A DNA stretch of 64,000 nt from Paludibacteraceae bacterium (GTDB lineage: Bacteria > Bacteroidota > Bacteroidia > Bacteroidales > Paludibacteraceae): contig JAZNBO010000038.1 of the NCBI GenBank assembly GCA_045587145.1, positions 4,275-68,274 on the forward strand. Direction: 5' to 3'. How positions within the stretch are numbered: the stretch's first letter is position 1; each line of letters begins with the position of its first letter. The notes under the pieces were generated by a model. That model did no database searches. It saw nothing but the letters and a program-made list of their open reading frames with translations, and was not told where the DNA came from. Shown piece after piece: positions 35,044 through 44,788 of the stretch. The translations under genes were made by a program, and so were the position numbers.

Positions 35044-37654
35044 TATATTAATCTGTATGAGTTTTTTGTTGCCAATGGCAGCACAAAACGATAGTGTATC
35101 AGTAGCGACTGATACTGTTTCTGTTGTAGAAGAGTTGCCCGTTATCGAATATACCATGCAGCGCAAGACATACGAGATTGCAGGTATTACTGTATCGGGA
35201 GCCGAGAGTTACGAAGATTTTGTGCTGATTGGTTTCTCGGGTTTGGCGGTAGGCGATAAAATTGAAGTGCCTGGCGATCAGATTACAAAGTCACTCCAAC
35301 GTTTTTGGAAACAGGGTTTATTCTCTGATGTCAAATTCAAAGCGCAAAAAATAGAGGGTGATAAGATTTGGTTGGAGATTGCGCTCAAACAACGTCCTCG
35401 TATTTCTGCTGTGTCGTATAATGGTTTGAAGAAGAGTGAAATAGAGGATGTGGAAGTGAAAATTGGTATTCAGAAGAATGGACAAATGACCCCTAACCTT
35501 GAGGATAGAGCAAATAAGGTTATTGTCAAGTATTTGGAGGAAAAGGGTTTCCATGATGCTACGGTCAAAGTACTTCAATTTGATGATAAAGACAATCCTG
35601 GGTATGTCAAGGTGGCAGTGAATGTAGATAAAAAGGCTAAGACACGTGTAGGAAAAATCTATATCATAGGCAATGAAGCTCTTACTGATAATCAGGTTAA
35701 CTTTGCGATGAAGAAGACCAATGATAATAACATTATTAACTTCTTCCGTCCAAAGAAATTTGTGGCTTCTGAGTTTGAGAACGATAAAAAAACAGTCATT
35801 GAGAAATATAACGAAATAGGTTATCGTGATGCTATTATTCTGTCGGATAGTGTCGTTCGCTCGCTAGAAGACTCTACACGTGTAGATGTTTATCTTACTG
35901 TGAATGAGGGTAAAAAATACTTCTTTGGTGACATTAAGTGGGTGGGTAATACCGTTTATCCATACGATTATTTGAATGCGGTGTTAGGCATCAAACAAGG
36001 TGACGTATATAACTTGAAGGAACTCAATAAACGTTTGAACGAAGATGATGATGCGGTGTCTAAGTTGTATACTGATCAAGGTTATCTCTTTTTTAGTGTA
36101 GATCCTGTGGAGGTGCGTATCAATGAGGACTCCATAGATTTTGAGATGCGCATGTACGAAGGACAGCCAGCTACCATCAACACGATTAAAATAGAAGGTA
36201 ACACGCGCGTGTACGAGCACGTGGTACGCCGTGAACTTTATACGAAACCTGGACAACTTTATAGTCAATCCGATATTATGCGTTCGCTCCGTGAGTTGGC
36301 GCAAATGGGTCACTTTGATCAAGAGAACCTGGTACCAGATATTCAGCCAAATCCAGAGAATGGAACAGTTGATGTTACCTACAAATTGGAAACAAAATCT
36401 AGCGACCAAATTGAGTTCTCACTCGGTTGGGGTGCTACGGGTCTTATTGGTACATTGGGATTGAAATTTAGTAACTTTGCTATTCAAAATCTTTTCAATC
36501 CTAAGAGTTATCGCATCGTGCCACAGGGTGAGGGACAAACCTTTAGTATCAATGCTCGCACCAATGGTGTGTACTATACTTCTGCATCGGTGAGTTTCTT
36601 GGAACCTTGGTTGGGAGGAAAACGACCTAATTCGTTGAGTACAAGTATTTTCTTTGCTTCGCAAACGGGTTATTCGGACCGCTATTATCAAGCGTACCAA
36701 AATCTCTATAACACTTATTATAGTTATTATTCTTATTCGGGCAACTCTAACTATTTGCAGCAATTGCAGGAGTCTGAAGCGGACCCTAATAAGTATCTCC
36801 GTACTTTGGGTGTGAGTGTGGGTTATGGTAAACGATTGAGTTGGCCTGATGATTATTTCTCTTTCTACGGAGAATTGAATTATCAATTATATATGATGAA
36901 GGATTGGCCATACATGATTCTCACAGACGGAAACAGCCATAACTTAGCACTTAATCTGCAACTTTCGCGTTCAAGTATTGACAATCCTATTTACACACGT
37001 CGAGGTTCGCAATTCACTATTGGTTTGAAGATTACGCCTCCATACTCGCTTATTAGAGGAACAACTGATGCTCAGTTTGAGCAAATGACTACTAGTGAGA
37101 AGTATAACTTGCTAGAATATCACAAGTGGCGTTTCTCGGGTAAGGTATTTACTCCGCTCACTCCTGACTCTAAGTTAGTATTGATGGCACGTGCTGATTT
37201 CGGATACTTAGGTCACTACAATAAGAATGTGAAATCGCCTTTCGAGAGTTTCTACATGGGTGGTGATGGTATGTCTAGTTATTCTAGTTATTCTACGGAA
37301 TATATCTCCATGCGTGGTTATCAATCTGGTTCACTCACACCTTATGATCCTGCCACGGGACGAAACATGGGATATGTATATAATAAGTTCACGATGGAGC
37401 TTCGTTACCCAATTGCTTTGGAGCAGAATGCTACCATTTGGGCGTTGGCCTTCGTAGAAGCGGGTAACTGTTTTGCAGACATCAAGGATTATAATCCATT
37501 CAATCTTAAACGTTCTGCTGGTGTAGGTGTGCGCCTCTTCCTGCCAATGTTTGGACTGATGGGTATAGACTGGGGTTGGGGATTCGACCCAATCAATGGG
37601 TCTAATCAGTATGGTGGTTCGCAATTCCACTTTGTACTTGGACAAGAATTATAA
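35027..37654 (+). CDS. bamA: Outer membrane protein assembly factor BamA
   Basis: Signal peptide, POTRA-repeat region and C-terminal barrel ending in aromatic-rich strands; GTG 35027 (or ATG 35057) rather than the tracked 34979. Confidence 0.9.
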   Translation: MNKFVSILICMSFLLPMAAQNDSVSVATDTVSVVEELPVIEYTMQRKTYEIAGITVSGAESYEDFVLIGFSGLAVGDKIEVPGDQITKSLQRFWKQGLFSDVKFKAQKIEGDKIWLEIALKQRPRISAVSYNGLKKSEIEDVEVKIGIQKNGQMTPNLEDRANKVIVKYLEEKGFHDATVKVLQFDDKDNPGYVKVAVNVDKKAKTRVGKIYIIGNEALTDNQVNFAMKKTNDNNIINFFRPKKFVASEFENDKKTVIEKYNEIGYRDAIILSDSVVRSLEDSTRVDVYLTVNEGKKYFFGDIKWVGNTVYPYDYLNAVLGIKQGDVYNLKELNKRLNEDDDAVSKLYTDQGYLFFSVDPVEVRINEDSIDFEMRMYEGQPATINTIKIEGNTRVYEHVVRRELYTKPGQLYSQSDIMRSLRELAQMGHFDQENLVPDIQPNPENGTVDVTYKLETKSSDQIEFSLGWGATGLIGTLGLKFSNFAIQNLFNPKSYRIVPQGEGQTFSINARTNGVYYTSASVSFLEPWLGGKRPNSLSTSIFFASQTGYSDRYYQAYQNLYNTYYSYYSYSGNSNYLQQLQESEADPNKYLRTLGVSVGYGKRLSWPDDYFSFYGELNYQLYMMKDWPYMILTDGNSHNLALNLQLSRSSIDNPIYTRRGSQFTIGLKITPPYSLIRGTTDAQFEQMTTSEKYNLLEYHKWRFSGKVFTPLTPDSKLVLMARADFGYLGHYNKNVKSPFESFYMGGDGMSSYSSYSTEYISMRGYQSGSLTPYDPATGRNMGYVYNKFTMELRYPIALEQNATIWALAFVEAGNCFADIKDYNPFNLKRSAGVGVRLFLPMFGLMGIDWGWGFDPINGSNQYGGSQFHFVLGQEL

Positions 37655-37668
37655 TATCATTATAAACA

Positions 37669-38190
37669 ATGAAACGACTTTTATTTAGTGCGATATTGCT
37701 TCTCGGTTTCTGTTCGCCTGTTCTAATGGCGCAGAAGTTCGCGGCTGCATATTTAGATATGCAATATATCTTGAAAAATTTACCTCAGTACGAAACCGCT
37801 AACGAACAATTGGCGATGATTTCCAAGCGTTGGCAAAAGGAGATTGATAATGCTCAACAGGAGGTACAGATTCTTGTTTCGAACTATCAGACGGAGCAAA
37901 TCTTTCTTTCTGCTGATATGAAGAAAAAACGCGAAGATGAAATTTTGGAGAAGGAACAACAGGTTCTTGAACTCAAGCGTAAGTATTTTGGTGAGAATGG
38001 TGAGTGGTACAAGAAGCGTGAGTCCTTGCTCAAACCTATCCAAGAGGAAATCTATAATGCTGTTCAGGAGATTGCTACTGAGAAGAAATACGATATTGTC
38101 AAAGATCGTTCAGCTGATCCTAGTTTGATTTATATGTCTAGTAGATTGGATATTTCCGACCAGGTATTGGAAAAATTGGGAGCAAAATAA
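37669..38190 (+). CDS. OmpH/Skp-family periplasmic chaperone 1
   Basis: Signal peptide plus coiled-coil-rich ~170 aa directly after bamA. Confidence 0.8.
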   Translation: MKRLLFSAILLLGFCSPVLMAQKFAAAYLDMQYILKNLPQYETANEQLAMISKRWQKEIDNAQQEVQILVSNYQTEQIFLSADMKKKREDEILEKEQQVLELKRKYFGENGEWYKKRESLLKPIQEEIYNAVQEIATEKKYDIVKDRSADPSLIYMSSRLDISDQVLEKLGAK

Positions 38191-38222
38191 CTGTATAATA
38201 TTAACAAAAAAAAGATACTACA

Positions 38223-38714
38223 ATGAAAAAAATCATTCTTATGCTTGCTTTGGTTTTGCCAATGCTTGCAAGCGCACAAAAACTCGGACACATCAATTCA
38301 CAAGAACTTTTGGCTTCTATGCCTGAATTGAAAACAGTACAATCTAAGTTAGACACATTGGCTGGTCAGTATGAGACTCAGTTTGCTAATATGCAAGAGG
38401 AGTTCAATAAGAAGGTTGCTGATTTTCAAAGAGATCAAGCTACTATGACAGCGGGTGTACGTGATTTCCGTCAACAAGAGATTGCAGAGATGGAGCAACG
38501 TATCTATCTCTTCCGTCAAACTGCACAAGAGGATATCCAAAAGAAACAACAAGAGTTCCTCTTGCCTATCCAACAAAAGATGATGGATGCTATCAAGAAG
38601 GTAGGTGCAGAGCAAGGTTGTGCTTACGTTTTGGAAGCAATGACTTTGCACTATATTGCTCCTGATGCTCTTGATCTTATGCCACTCGTTAAGAAGGAGT
38701 TGGGTATCCAATAA
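38223..38714 (+). CDS. OmpH/Skp-family periplasmic chaperone 2
   Basis: Signal peptide plus KLGHINSQELL motif; coiled coil. Confidence 0.8.
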   Translation: MKKIILMLALVLPMLASAQKLGHINSQELLASMPELKTVQSKLDTLAGQYETQFANMQEEFNKKVADFQRDQATMTAGVRDFRQQEIAEMEQRIYLFRQTAQEDIQKKQQEFLLPIQQKMMDAIKKVGAEQGCAYVLEAMTLHYIAPDALDLMPLVKKELGIQ

Positions 38715-38839
38715 TGGCAGACGGCTATTTGGAATCTCACTATGCTGACTACGAAAAACGTAAGGCAGCATGGCTCAAAAAAAAGAATAAAAACAAGCCT
38801 CGTCCCTTGGTTGAAAAACCAGAGGACGAAGCGTTGTAA
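38714..38839 (+). CDS. Candidate 41-aa basic small protein (MADGYLESHYADYEKRKAAWLKKKNKNKPRPLVEKPEDEAL), below the ORF-track cutoff
   Basis: ATG overlaps the skp-2 stop (TAATG); uninterrupted 41 codons. Confidence 0.35.
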   Translation: MADGYLESHYADYEKRKAAWLKKKNKNKPRPLVEKPEDEAL

Positions 38840-38878
38840 ATACAACTCTATACAATTCTATACAACTATGGTACAACA
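38839..38878. repeat. 10-bp-phased CTATACAA array spanning the MFS start codon
   Basis: AATACAACTCTATACAATTCTATACAACTATGGTACAACA. Confidence 0.75.
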
Positions 38879-40241
38879 ATTAAAACAAACTCTTCGCGAT
38901 TCAGCTATTGCACGTTGGACAGTTCTTGTCCTTGTGGCATCGATGATGTTCTTTGCATATATGTTTGTGGACATTCTCTCTCCGTTGGCTTCTGTTCTCA
39001 ATGACACACTCGGTTGGGATCAAGGTGTCTTCGGAACGTATGCCTCTGCGGAGTATATTCTTTGTGTCTTCGGTTTCCTCATTTTTGCAGGAATCATTCT
39101 GGATAAGATGGGCGTTCGCTTCACGGGCTTGCTTTCTGCGGGCTTGATGGTGCTTGGCGCATCAATCAAGTATATTGGTATCTCCGACTGGTTTGATGCT
39201 AACAATATCGTTTGGCTCAACTCTTGGTGGACGGCTATGCCAGGTTCTGCTAAGATGGCTGCATTCGGCTTTATGATTTTCGGTTGTGGTTGCGAGATGG
39301 CTGGTACAACTGTAAGTAAGATTCTTGCTAAGTGGTTCAAAGGCAAAGAGATGGCGCTTGCTATGGGACTTGAAATGGCTATCGCACGTATTGGTGTGTT
39401 TGCTGCCATGGCGTTTTCTCCTGCTATCAGCGAGCATTTTGCTGTGAATGGCAATCCATCAGTAGTTGCTTCGCTGTTGTTTGCGGCTCTTCTGCTCGTA
39501 GTTGGCTTGCTCAACTTCTTCGTATTTACTATTATGGATACCAAGTTTGACAAGCAACTTGTGGCTATTGGTGAGGCAACTGAGATGAAAGATCCAGAGG
39601 ATGAGTTCCATGTGTCTGATCTTGGTAAGATTTTCAGCAGCAAGATGTTCTGGATTATTGCACTCTTGTGCGTGTTGTACTATTCTGCTATTTTCCCATT
39701 CCAACGCTTTGCTACCAACTTCCTTGAGGAGACTTTGGCGATTAGTAATGCTGAGGCATCTGGTCTATTTAAGTGGTTCCCTATCTTGGCAATGGTACTT
39801 ACTCCATTCCTCGGTATGTTCATTGATTATAAGGGAAAAGGTGCTTCTATGATGATGATTGGTGCGATTATTATGGTTATTTGCCATAGTATTTTCGCAT
39901 TTGTATTGCCTGCATTCCCAAGTAAAGGACTTGCTCTCTGTACTATTTTGGTGTTGGGCGTGAGCTTCTCGTTGGTGCCTGCGTCAATGTGGCCATCTGT
40001 TCCAAAGATTATCGATGAGAAGATTTTAGGTTCTGCATATTGCCTCATTTTCTGGGTGCAAAACATTGGTTTGTGTCTTGTACCTATGCTGATTGGTAAA
40101 CTCCGTGTTTCTACCGATGGTTATGTAGTGCCTATGATTGTCTTTGCATCATTTGGTGTGATCGCTTTTGTATTGAGCCTTGCATTGAAGGTGGAGGATA
40201 AGAAGAAAGGCTATGGATTGGAGCTTCCTAATAAGAAATAA
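38868..40241 (+). CDS. MFS-type transporter
   Basis: ~12 predicted TM segments; ATG 38868 preferred, since the tracked 42-aa N-terminal extension is basic and non-membrane and overlaps the small ORF. Confidence 0.7.
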   Translation: MVQQLKQTLRDSAIARWTVLVLVASMMFFAYMFVDILSPLASVLNDTLGWDQGVFGTYASAEYILCVFGFLIFAGIILDKMGVRFTGLLSAGLMVLGASIKYIGISDWFDANNIVWLNSWWTAMPGSAKMAAFGFMIFGCGCEMAGTTVSKILAKWFKGKEMALAMGLEMAIARIGVFAAMAFSPAISEHFAVNGNPSVVASLLFAALLLVVGLLNFFVFTIMDTKFDKQLVAIGEATEMKDPEDEFHVSDLGKIFSSKMFWIIALLCVLYYSAIFPFQRFATNFLEETLAISNAEASGLFKWFPILAMVLTPFLGMFIDYKGKGASMMMIGAIIMVICHSIFAFVLPAFPSKGLALCTILVLGVSFSLVPASMWPSVPKIIDEKILGSAYCLIFWVQNIGLCLVPMLIGKLRVSTDGYVVPMIVFASFGVIAFVLSLALKVEDKKKGYGLELPNKK

Positions 40242-41514
40242 GGAGTCCATCCTTGTGAGTACGGATACACGCAATCTGCCTGCAGGTTGCGTGTTCTTTG
40301 CGCTTCATGGGGCGAATTTTGATGGCAATAAGTTTGCTAAGCAGGCACTCGAAAGCGGTGCTACATTGGCAGTGATTGATAATCCTGAATATGCATTGGC
40401 AGAAGGAACTCTATTGGTACCCAATACGTTGCTGGCTTTGCAAGATTTGGCACGCGCATGGCGTCGTGAATTAGGACTACCTATCATCGGTATTACTGGT
40501 ACCAACGGCAAGACAACCACCAAAGAGCTCTTGGCAGCAGTTCTTTCCACGAAATATAATATCCACTATACGCAGGGAAACCTCAATAATCAAATAGGTG
40601 TACCCCTTACCTTATTACAAATCTCGCGTGCGCACGAGATGGCTATCGTGGAGATGGGTGCTTCACATCCGGGTGATATTAAAGAACTCGTGGATATAGC
40701 AGAGCCTAACTATGGGTTGATTACTAATGTCGGTCGCGCTCATTTAGAAGGATTTGGCTCGTTTGAAGGCGTGCAACGCACCAAGCAAGAACTCTACGAC
40801 TACCTCGTTGCTCATAATGGTACTATCTTCCGCAATGTCGACAACACTTACCTCATGCGCATGCATGAGAATGCTCTTGCCTCTCGCCTTAGCGGGGTCC
40901 CCGAAAACGCTTGTGGCGTTTTGGGGTGCTCTTCGCCTCTCGCCAGCGGGGTCCCCGAAAAATCTGCTGATTTTTGGGGTGCTCTATCGCCTATTACCTA
41001 CACCACAGGCACAATGCCATCTGGCACAAATCTTGTTGGAGGATATAATGCGGAGAATGTGTCTGCTGCTTTGTGTGTAGGTGCGTATTTTGGGGTTTCG
41101 AAGGAGCAAGCGTTGGAGGCTGTTCGCCGTTATGTGCCAACAAATAATCGTTCACAAGCCATGCAAACGGCTAACAACCAGTTGATAGTAGATGCTTATA
41201 ATGCGAATCCGACATCTATGCAGGCGGCTATCAACGCATTCAAAGGCGATACATACATTCTTGGTGCGATGCGTGAGTTGGGAGAATACTCGCACTTGGA
41301 ACACCAGAATGTGGTGAATATGTTGGCTGAGCGCAAGGCTGATTGGGTCTTTCTCGTAGGAGAAGAGTACTTGCAGACGACATCGCCATATCCTGTGTAT
41401 GAGAATGTAGAGCAATTACATGAATACTTGGAGGCGAATCCGCTGAAAGGTAAAAATATCCTTCTCAAAGGCTCTCGCTCTACTAAAATGGAAAAATTGT
41501 TAGATATACTATAA
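40213..41514 (+). CDS. murF: UDP-N-acetylmuramoyl-tripeptide--D-alanyl-D-alanine ligase
   Basis: VSTDTR, GITGTNGKTTTKE, DAYNANP and LKGSR motifs. Confidence 0.85.
   Translation: MDWSFLIRNKESILVSTDTRNLPAGCVFFALHGANFDGNKFAKQALESGATLAVIDNPEYALAEGTLLVPNTLLALQDLARAWRRELGLPIIGITGTNGKTTTKELLAAVLSTKYNIHYTQGNLNNQIGVPLTLLQISRAHEMAIVEMGASHPGDIKELVDIAEPNYGLITNVGRAHLEGFGSFEGVQRTKQELYDYLVAHNGTIFRNVDNTYLMRMHENALASRLSGVPENACGVLGCSSPLASGVPEKSADFWGALSPITYTTGTMPSGTNLVGGYNAENVSAALCVGAYFGVSKEQALEAVRRYVPTNNRSQAMQTANNQLIVDAYNANPTSMQAAINAFKGDTYILGAMRELGEYSHLEHQNVVNMLAERKADWVFLVGEEYLQTTSPYPVYENVEQLHEYLEANPLKGKNILLKGSRSTKMEKLLDIL
40873..40991. repeat. In-frame tandem 54-bp module (2 full units plus a partial third), each unit containing a terminator-like hairpin
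   Basis: GCTCTTGCCTCTCGCC..GCGGGGTCCCCGAAAACGC-TTGT-GGCGTTTTGGGGT and GCTCTTCGCCTCTCGCC..GCGGGGTCCCCGAAAAATC-TGCT-GATTTTTGGGGT, then GCTCTATCGCC. Confidence 0.9.
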
Positions 41515-41518
41515 GACT

Positions 41519-42421
41519 ATGACTGAAAACACAACGAACAAAAATACTACAAAGATAGTGCTGATTTCTCTTGTGGCAGCGTTGGCTGTTGTTTCTATCT
41601 TGCTTGTTTTGATGAATGTACAACAAAAGACGGAGATTAAGGAGATTGTGGAGCAGATGGAGTTTGAAAAAGAGCAGTTAGAAGACGAGTATGAAGAGTT
41701 GGCTGTTCAGTTTGATGGTTATCAAACGCAGGATATCCACAACGATTCGTTGGTGGAACTTCTTTCGCAAGAGCAACAGCGTGTACAAGACCTGTTGGAA
41801 GAGTTGCGTATTACTAAGGTGACTAATGCCCGTCGTATAGCTGAACTCAAAAAGGAGTTAGCGACTGTTCGTCAGGTCATGGTTGGTTATGTGCACCAGA
41901 TAGATTCACTTGATCGAACGAATAAGAAATTGGTGGCAGAAAATCAGCAAGTGAAGAAGCAGTACCAGGAGGTGGCTCGTCAGGCGCAACAACTCGAAGA
42001 GGAGCGCACTCAGTTGGCGGAGGTAGTTTCTCGTGCTTCGATGTTGGAGATTACGCATTTTGAGATGGTTCCGCTTAACAAACGCGATCGTAAAACAACG
42101 ATATACAATCAGATACAGAAACTACAATTTGACTATACCGTAGGTCGCAATATCACCAATAAACCCGGTGTGAAAACACTCTATATGCGTCTCACTCGCC
42201 CTGATGGTGAGATCATGCAGAAGAGTGTCAGCGATGTTTTCCGCTTTGAGAATAGCGAGATTGCCTATTCGGTCTCAAAGGATTTTGAGTATGCAGGTGA
42301 GGAGATTTCGGGTTCGCTTTATTGGTTGGTTGAGGAGATCCTGCAAATAGGTTGGTACAATGCTGATTTCTTTGTAGACGGCGAATTAATTGGGTCATTC
42401 CCTTTCCAGATAAAGCAATAA
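41519..42421 (+). CDS. Membrane-anchored coiled-coil protein of unknown function
   Basis: N-terminal TM (IVLISLVAALAVVSILLVL), long E/Q/K-rich coiled coil, ~110-aa C-terminal globular domain. Confidence 0.5.
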   Translation: MTENTTNKNTTKIVLISLVAALAVVSILLVLMNVQQKTEIKEIVEQMEFEKEQLEDEYEELAVQFDGYQTQDIHNDSLVELLSQEQQRVQDLLEELRITKVTNARRIAELKKELATVRQVMVGYVHQIDSLDRTNKKLVAENQQVKKQYQEVARQAQQLEEERTQLAEVVSRASMLEITHFEMVPLNKRDRKTTIYNQIQKLQFDYTVGRNITNKPGVKTLYMRLTRPDGEIMQKSVSDVFRFENSEIAYSVSKDFEYAGEEISGSLYWLVEEILQIGWYNADFFVDGELIGSFPFQIKQ

Positions 42422-42451
42422 ATAGAATAAAATCGTAAGTTTTTATTAAAA

Positions 42452-42486
42452 AATTTGCGTATATCAGAAAAAAGCAGTAATTTTGC
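42452..42486 (+). promoter_or_regulatory. Bacteroidota promoter for rpsO
   Basis: ATTTGCGTATAT, spacer, then TAATTTTG at 42478-42485. Confidence 0.7.
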
Positions 42487-42580
42487 ACGCTTTTTTAAGA
42501 AAGCATATAGATGTGACATCGTTTGGATTATAACATCATGCGAGGTCATTATTGTTTAACTAATTAAATATCAATTACAA

Positions 42581-42850
42581 ATGTATTTGACATCTGAGAA
42601 AAAAGCAGAACTCTTTGCTAAGTATGGCAATGACGCTAAGAACACTGGTTCTGCAGAGAGCCAAATCGCTCTGTTCACTTTCCGTATTAACCACTTGACC
42701 GAGCACCTCAAGAAGAACCACAAGGACTTCGGTACTGAGCGCGCTTTGACAATGTTGGTAGGTAAGCGTCGTCGTTTGTTGGATTACTTGAAGGCAAAAG
42801 ACATCGAGCGTTATCGTGCTATCATCAAAGAGTTGGGTATCCGTAAGTAA
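42581..42850 (+). CDS. rpsO: 30S ribosomal protein S15
   Basis: 89 aa; GSAESQIALFT...HLKKNHKD...LVGKRRRLLDYL. Confidence 0.95.
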   Translation: MYLTSEKKAELFAKYGNDAKNTGSAESQIALFTFRINHLTEHLKKNHKDFGTERALTMLVGKRRRLLDYLKAKDIERYRAIIKELGIRK

Positions 42851-42869
42851 TTACCTGCTCAACAAAGTA

Positions 42870-42902
42870 AGACAGTCAATCATACGATTGGCTGTTTTTT
42901 TA
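42870..42902 (+). terminator. rpsO intrinsic terminator
   Basis: ACAGTCAATC-ATAC-GATTGGCTGT followed by a T tract. Confidence 0.8.
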
Positions 42903-42930
42903 TTTGGTATAACTCTACAAAAAAGCAAGG

Positions 42931-42962
42931 CTATCCACCGCTTATCCACCGCTTATCCACCC
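42931..42962. repeat. 11-bp tandem repeat (C/T)TATCCACCGC x3
   Basis: Read directly. Confidence 0.9.
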
Positions 42963-43012
42963 GATAGAGGGGAGGAGATTATAAAGGCATGGCTACTTGG
43001 TTCTTCGAGAAT

Positions 43013-43050
43013 AAAACAAAAACTGCCAAACTTTCGTTGACAGTTTTTTT
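43013..43050. terminator. Bidirectional terminator-like hairpin (candidate distal glyQS terminator)
   Basis: AAAAACTGCCAA-ACTTTCG-TTGACAGTTTTTTT. Confidence 0.6.
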
Positions 43051-43058
43051 GTTATATA

Positions 43059-43108
43059 TAGCCTATCGCCTATCGCCAATAGCTAATAGCCAATAGCCTA
43101 TCGCCAAT
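43059..43108. repeat. GCCTATCGCC/AATAGCC 8-bp-type array (complement orientation of the GGCnATnGG family)
   Basis: TAGCCTATCGCCTATCGCCAATAGCTAATAGCCAATAGCCTATCGCCAAT. Confidence 0.85.
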
Positions 43109-43113
43109 AATCC

Positions 43114-43150
43114 AACCTCCTCCCCCAGGGGGGGGGAGGTCGGGAGGGGT
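43114..43150. other. C-run/G-run palindrome just 3' of the glyQS stop
   Basis: CCTCCTCCCCC-AGG-GGGGGGGAGG, then TCGGGAGGGGTC. Confidence 0.6.
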
Positions 43151-43151
43151 C

Positions 43152-44696
43152 TTATTTCAGTTTCTTAAATGTCTCACGCATATTGCATGCCTTGCTGAGG
43201 ATAGCGTGGAGGTCCTCAATCTTCACGCGCTCTTGCGCCATCGTATCGCGGTGGCGGATAGTTACGCAGTTGTCATTCAAAGTGTCGTGATCCACAGTGA
43301 TACAGAATGGTGTACCTACCGCATCTTGACGGCGATAACGCTTACCGATAGAGTCCTTCTCATCGTAGTTGGTGTGGAAGTCATACTTCAACATATCCAC
43401 GATCTCACGCGCTTTCTCTGGCAGACCATCTTTCTTCACCAATGGCATAACACAAGCTTTAACAGGAGCCAAAACAGCAGGCAAGTTCAACACTACGCGA
43501 GTGTCACCACCCTCAAGTACCTCTTCCTTATACGCACCGCACATCACACTCAGGAACATACGATCCACACCAATACTGGTCTCAATCACGTATGGGGTGT
43601 AGCTCTTGTTGAGTTCTGGATCGAAGTACTCGATCTTTTTGCCACTATATTGTGCGTGTTGGCTGAGGTCGAAGTCGGTACGGCTGTGGATACCCTCTAC
43701 CTCCTTGAATCCGAATGGCATTTGGAACTCGATATCGGTAGCTGCGTTAGCGTAGTGAGCGAGTTTATCGTGGTCGTGGTAGCGGTAGTTCTCATCACCC
43801 ATACCGAGAGCCTTATGCCATTTGAGGCGGAACTCCTTCCAGTACTCAAACCACTTCATCTCCTCGCCTGGACGAACGAAGAACTGCATCTCCATTTGCT
43901 CGAACTCGCGCATACGGAAGACGAATTGGCGAGCCACAATCTCATTACGGAAAGCCTTACCAATCTGTGCAATACCGAAAGGAATCTTCATACGACCCGT
44001 CTTTTGTACATTGAGGTAGTTCACGAAGATACCTTGTGCAGTTTCAGGACGGAGATAAATCTTCATCGCACCATCGGCAGTAGAACCCATCTCGGTAGAG
44101 AACATGAGGTTGAACTGACGAACATCGGTCCAGTTGCGTGTACCTGAAATAGGGCAAACGATTTCCTCATCAAGGATGATTTGTTTGAGTTCCTCGAGGT
44201 TGCTGTCGTTGAGCGCAGTAGCAAAACGCTCGTGGAGGGCGTTGCGTTTCTCTACATTAGCTTTTACACGTTCGTTGGTTTGCTTGAACATCTCCTCATC
44301 AAAGCTCTCGCCGAAGCGTTTGCGCGCCTTAGCTACCTCTTTCTCAATCTTCTCGTCGTACTTAGCGAGTTGATCCTCGATGAGTACGTCTGCGCGGTAG
44401 CGTTTCTTGCTATCCTTATTGTCAATGAGTGGATCATTGAATGCGTCCACGTGACCAGATGCTTTCCAAGTAGTAGGGTGCATAAAGATACTTGCATCAA
44501 TACCTACGATATTCTCGTGGAGCATGGTCATTGCATCCCACCAGTATTTCTTGATGTTGTTCTTGAGTTCTACACCGTTTTGACCGTAATCATACACGGC
44601 GCCAAGTCCGTCGTAAATCTCGCTGCTTGGAAAAACAAATCCGTACTCCTTGCAGTGTGCGACTAATTTTTTGAAGGTTTCTTCTTGTGTTGCCAT
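43152..44696 (-). CDS. glyQS: Glycine--tRNA ligase (dimeric class II GlyQS type)
   Basis: 514 aa; FRNEI(V/S)xR motif 2 (AFRNEIVARQF); C-terminal anticodon-binding domain. Confidence 0.95.
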   Translation of the reverse strand: MATQEETFKKLVAHCKEYGFVFPSSEIYDGLGAVYDYGQNGVELKNNIKKYWWDAMTMLHENIVGIDASIFMHPTTWKASGHVDAFNDPLIDNKDSKKRYRADVLIEDQLAKYDEKIEKEVAKARKRFGESFDEEMFKQTNERVKANVEKRNALHERFATALNDSNLEELKQIILDEEIVCPISGTRNWTDVRQFNLMFSTEMGSTADGAMKIYLRPETAQGIFVNYLNVQKTGRMKIPFGIAQIGKAFRNEIVARQFVFRMREFEQMEMQFFVRPGEEMKWFEYWKEFRLKWHKALGMGDENYRYHDHDKLAHYANAATDIEFQMPFGFKEVEGIHSRTDFDLSQHAQYSGKKIEYFDPELNKSYTPYVIETSIGVDRMFLSVMCGAYKEEVLEGGDTRVVLNLPAVLAPVKACVMPLVKKDGLPEKAREIVDMLKYDFHTNYDEKDSIGKRYRRQDAVGTPFCITVDHDTLNDNCVTIRHRDTMAQERVKIEDLHAILSKACNMRETFKKLK

Positions 44697-44705
44697 AATT
44701 GCGTG

Positions 44706-44761
44706 GTTCAGTGCGCCTTCGGCGCGTTCAGTATTGTTTAATATAGTTCAGCTTTGTTCAG
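44706..44761. repeat. GTTCAG hexamers at 44706, 44726, 44746 and 44756 (10/20-bp phasing) in the glyQS leader, enclosing GCGCC-TTCG-GGCGC at 44713-44725
   Basis: Coordinates counted directly. Confidence 0.8.
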
Positions 44762-44788
44762 TAATTGGCATAAAACACCAATTTGGGT

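Noticed and set aside
42989-43096. A 35-codon ORF (MATWFFENKTKTAKLSLTVFLLYIAYRLSPIANSQ) preceded by GGAGGAG.
   Set aside because: The ORF runs through a terminator hairpin and into the 8-bp array, which is why it carries the PIAN word. The SD-like spacing of ~13 nt is poor, so this is probably not a gene.
43206-44147. 313-aa ORF antisense to glyQS. Similar long antisense ORFs occur at 18562-19260 (in sprA), 3242-3973 (opposite rnfA), 1159-1878 (opposite rnfD) and 6935-7558 (opposite yfhO).
   Set aside because: Each lies entirely inside a strongly supported gene on the other strand. Their compositions are odd (H/L/V/C-rich) and motif-free, and they have no promoter or start context. These are typical shadow ORFs.
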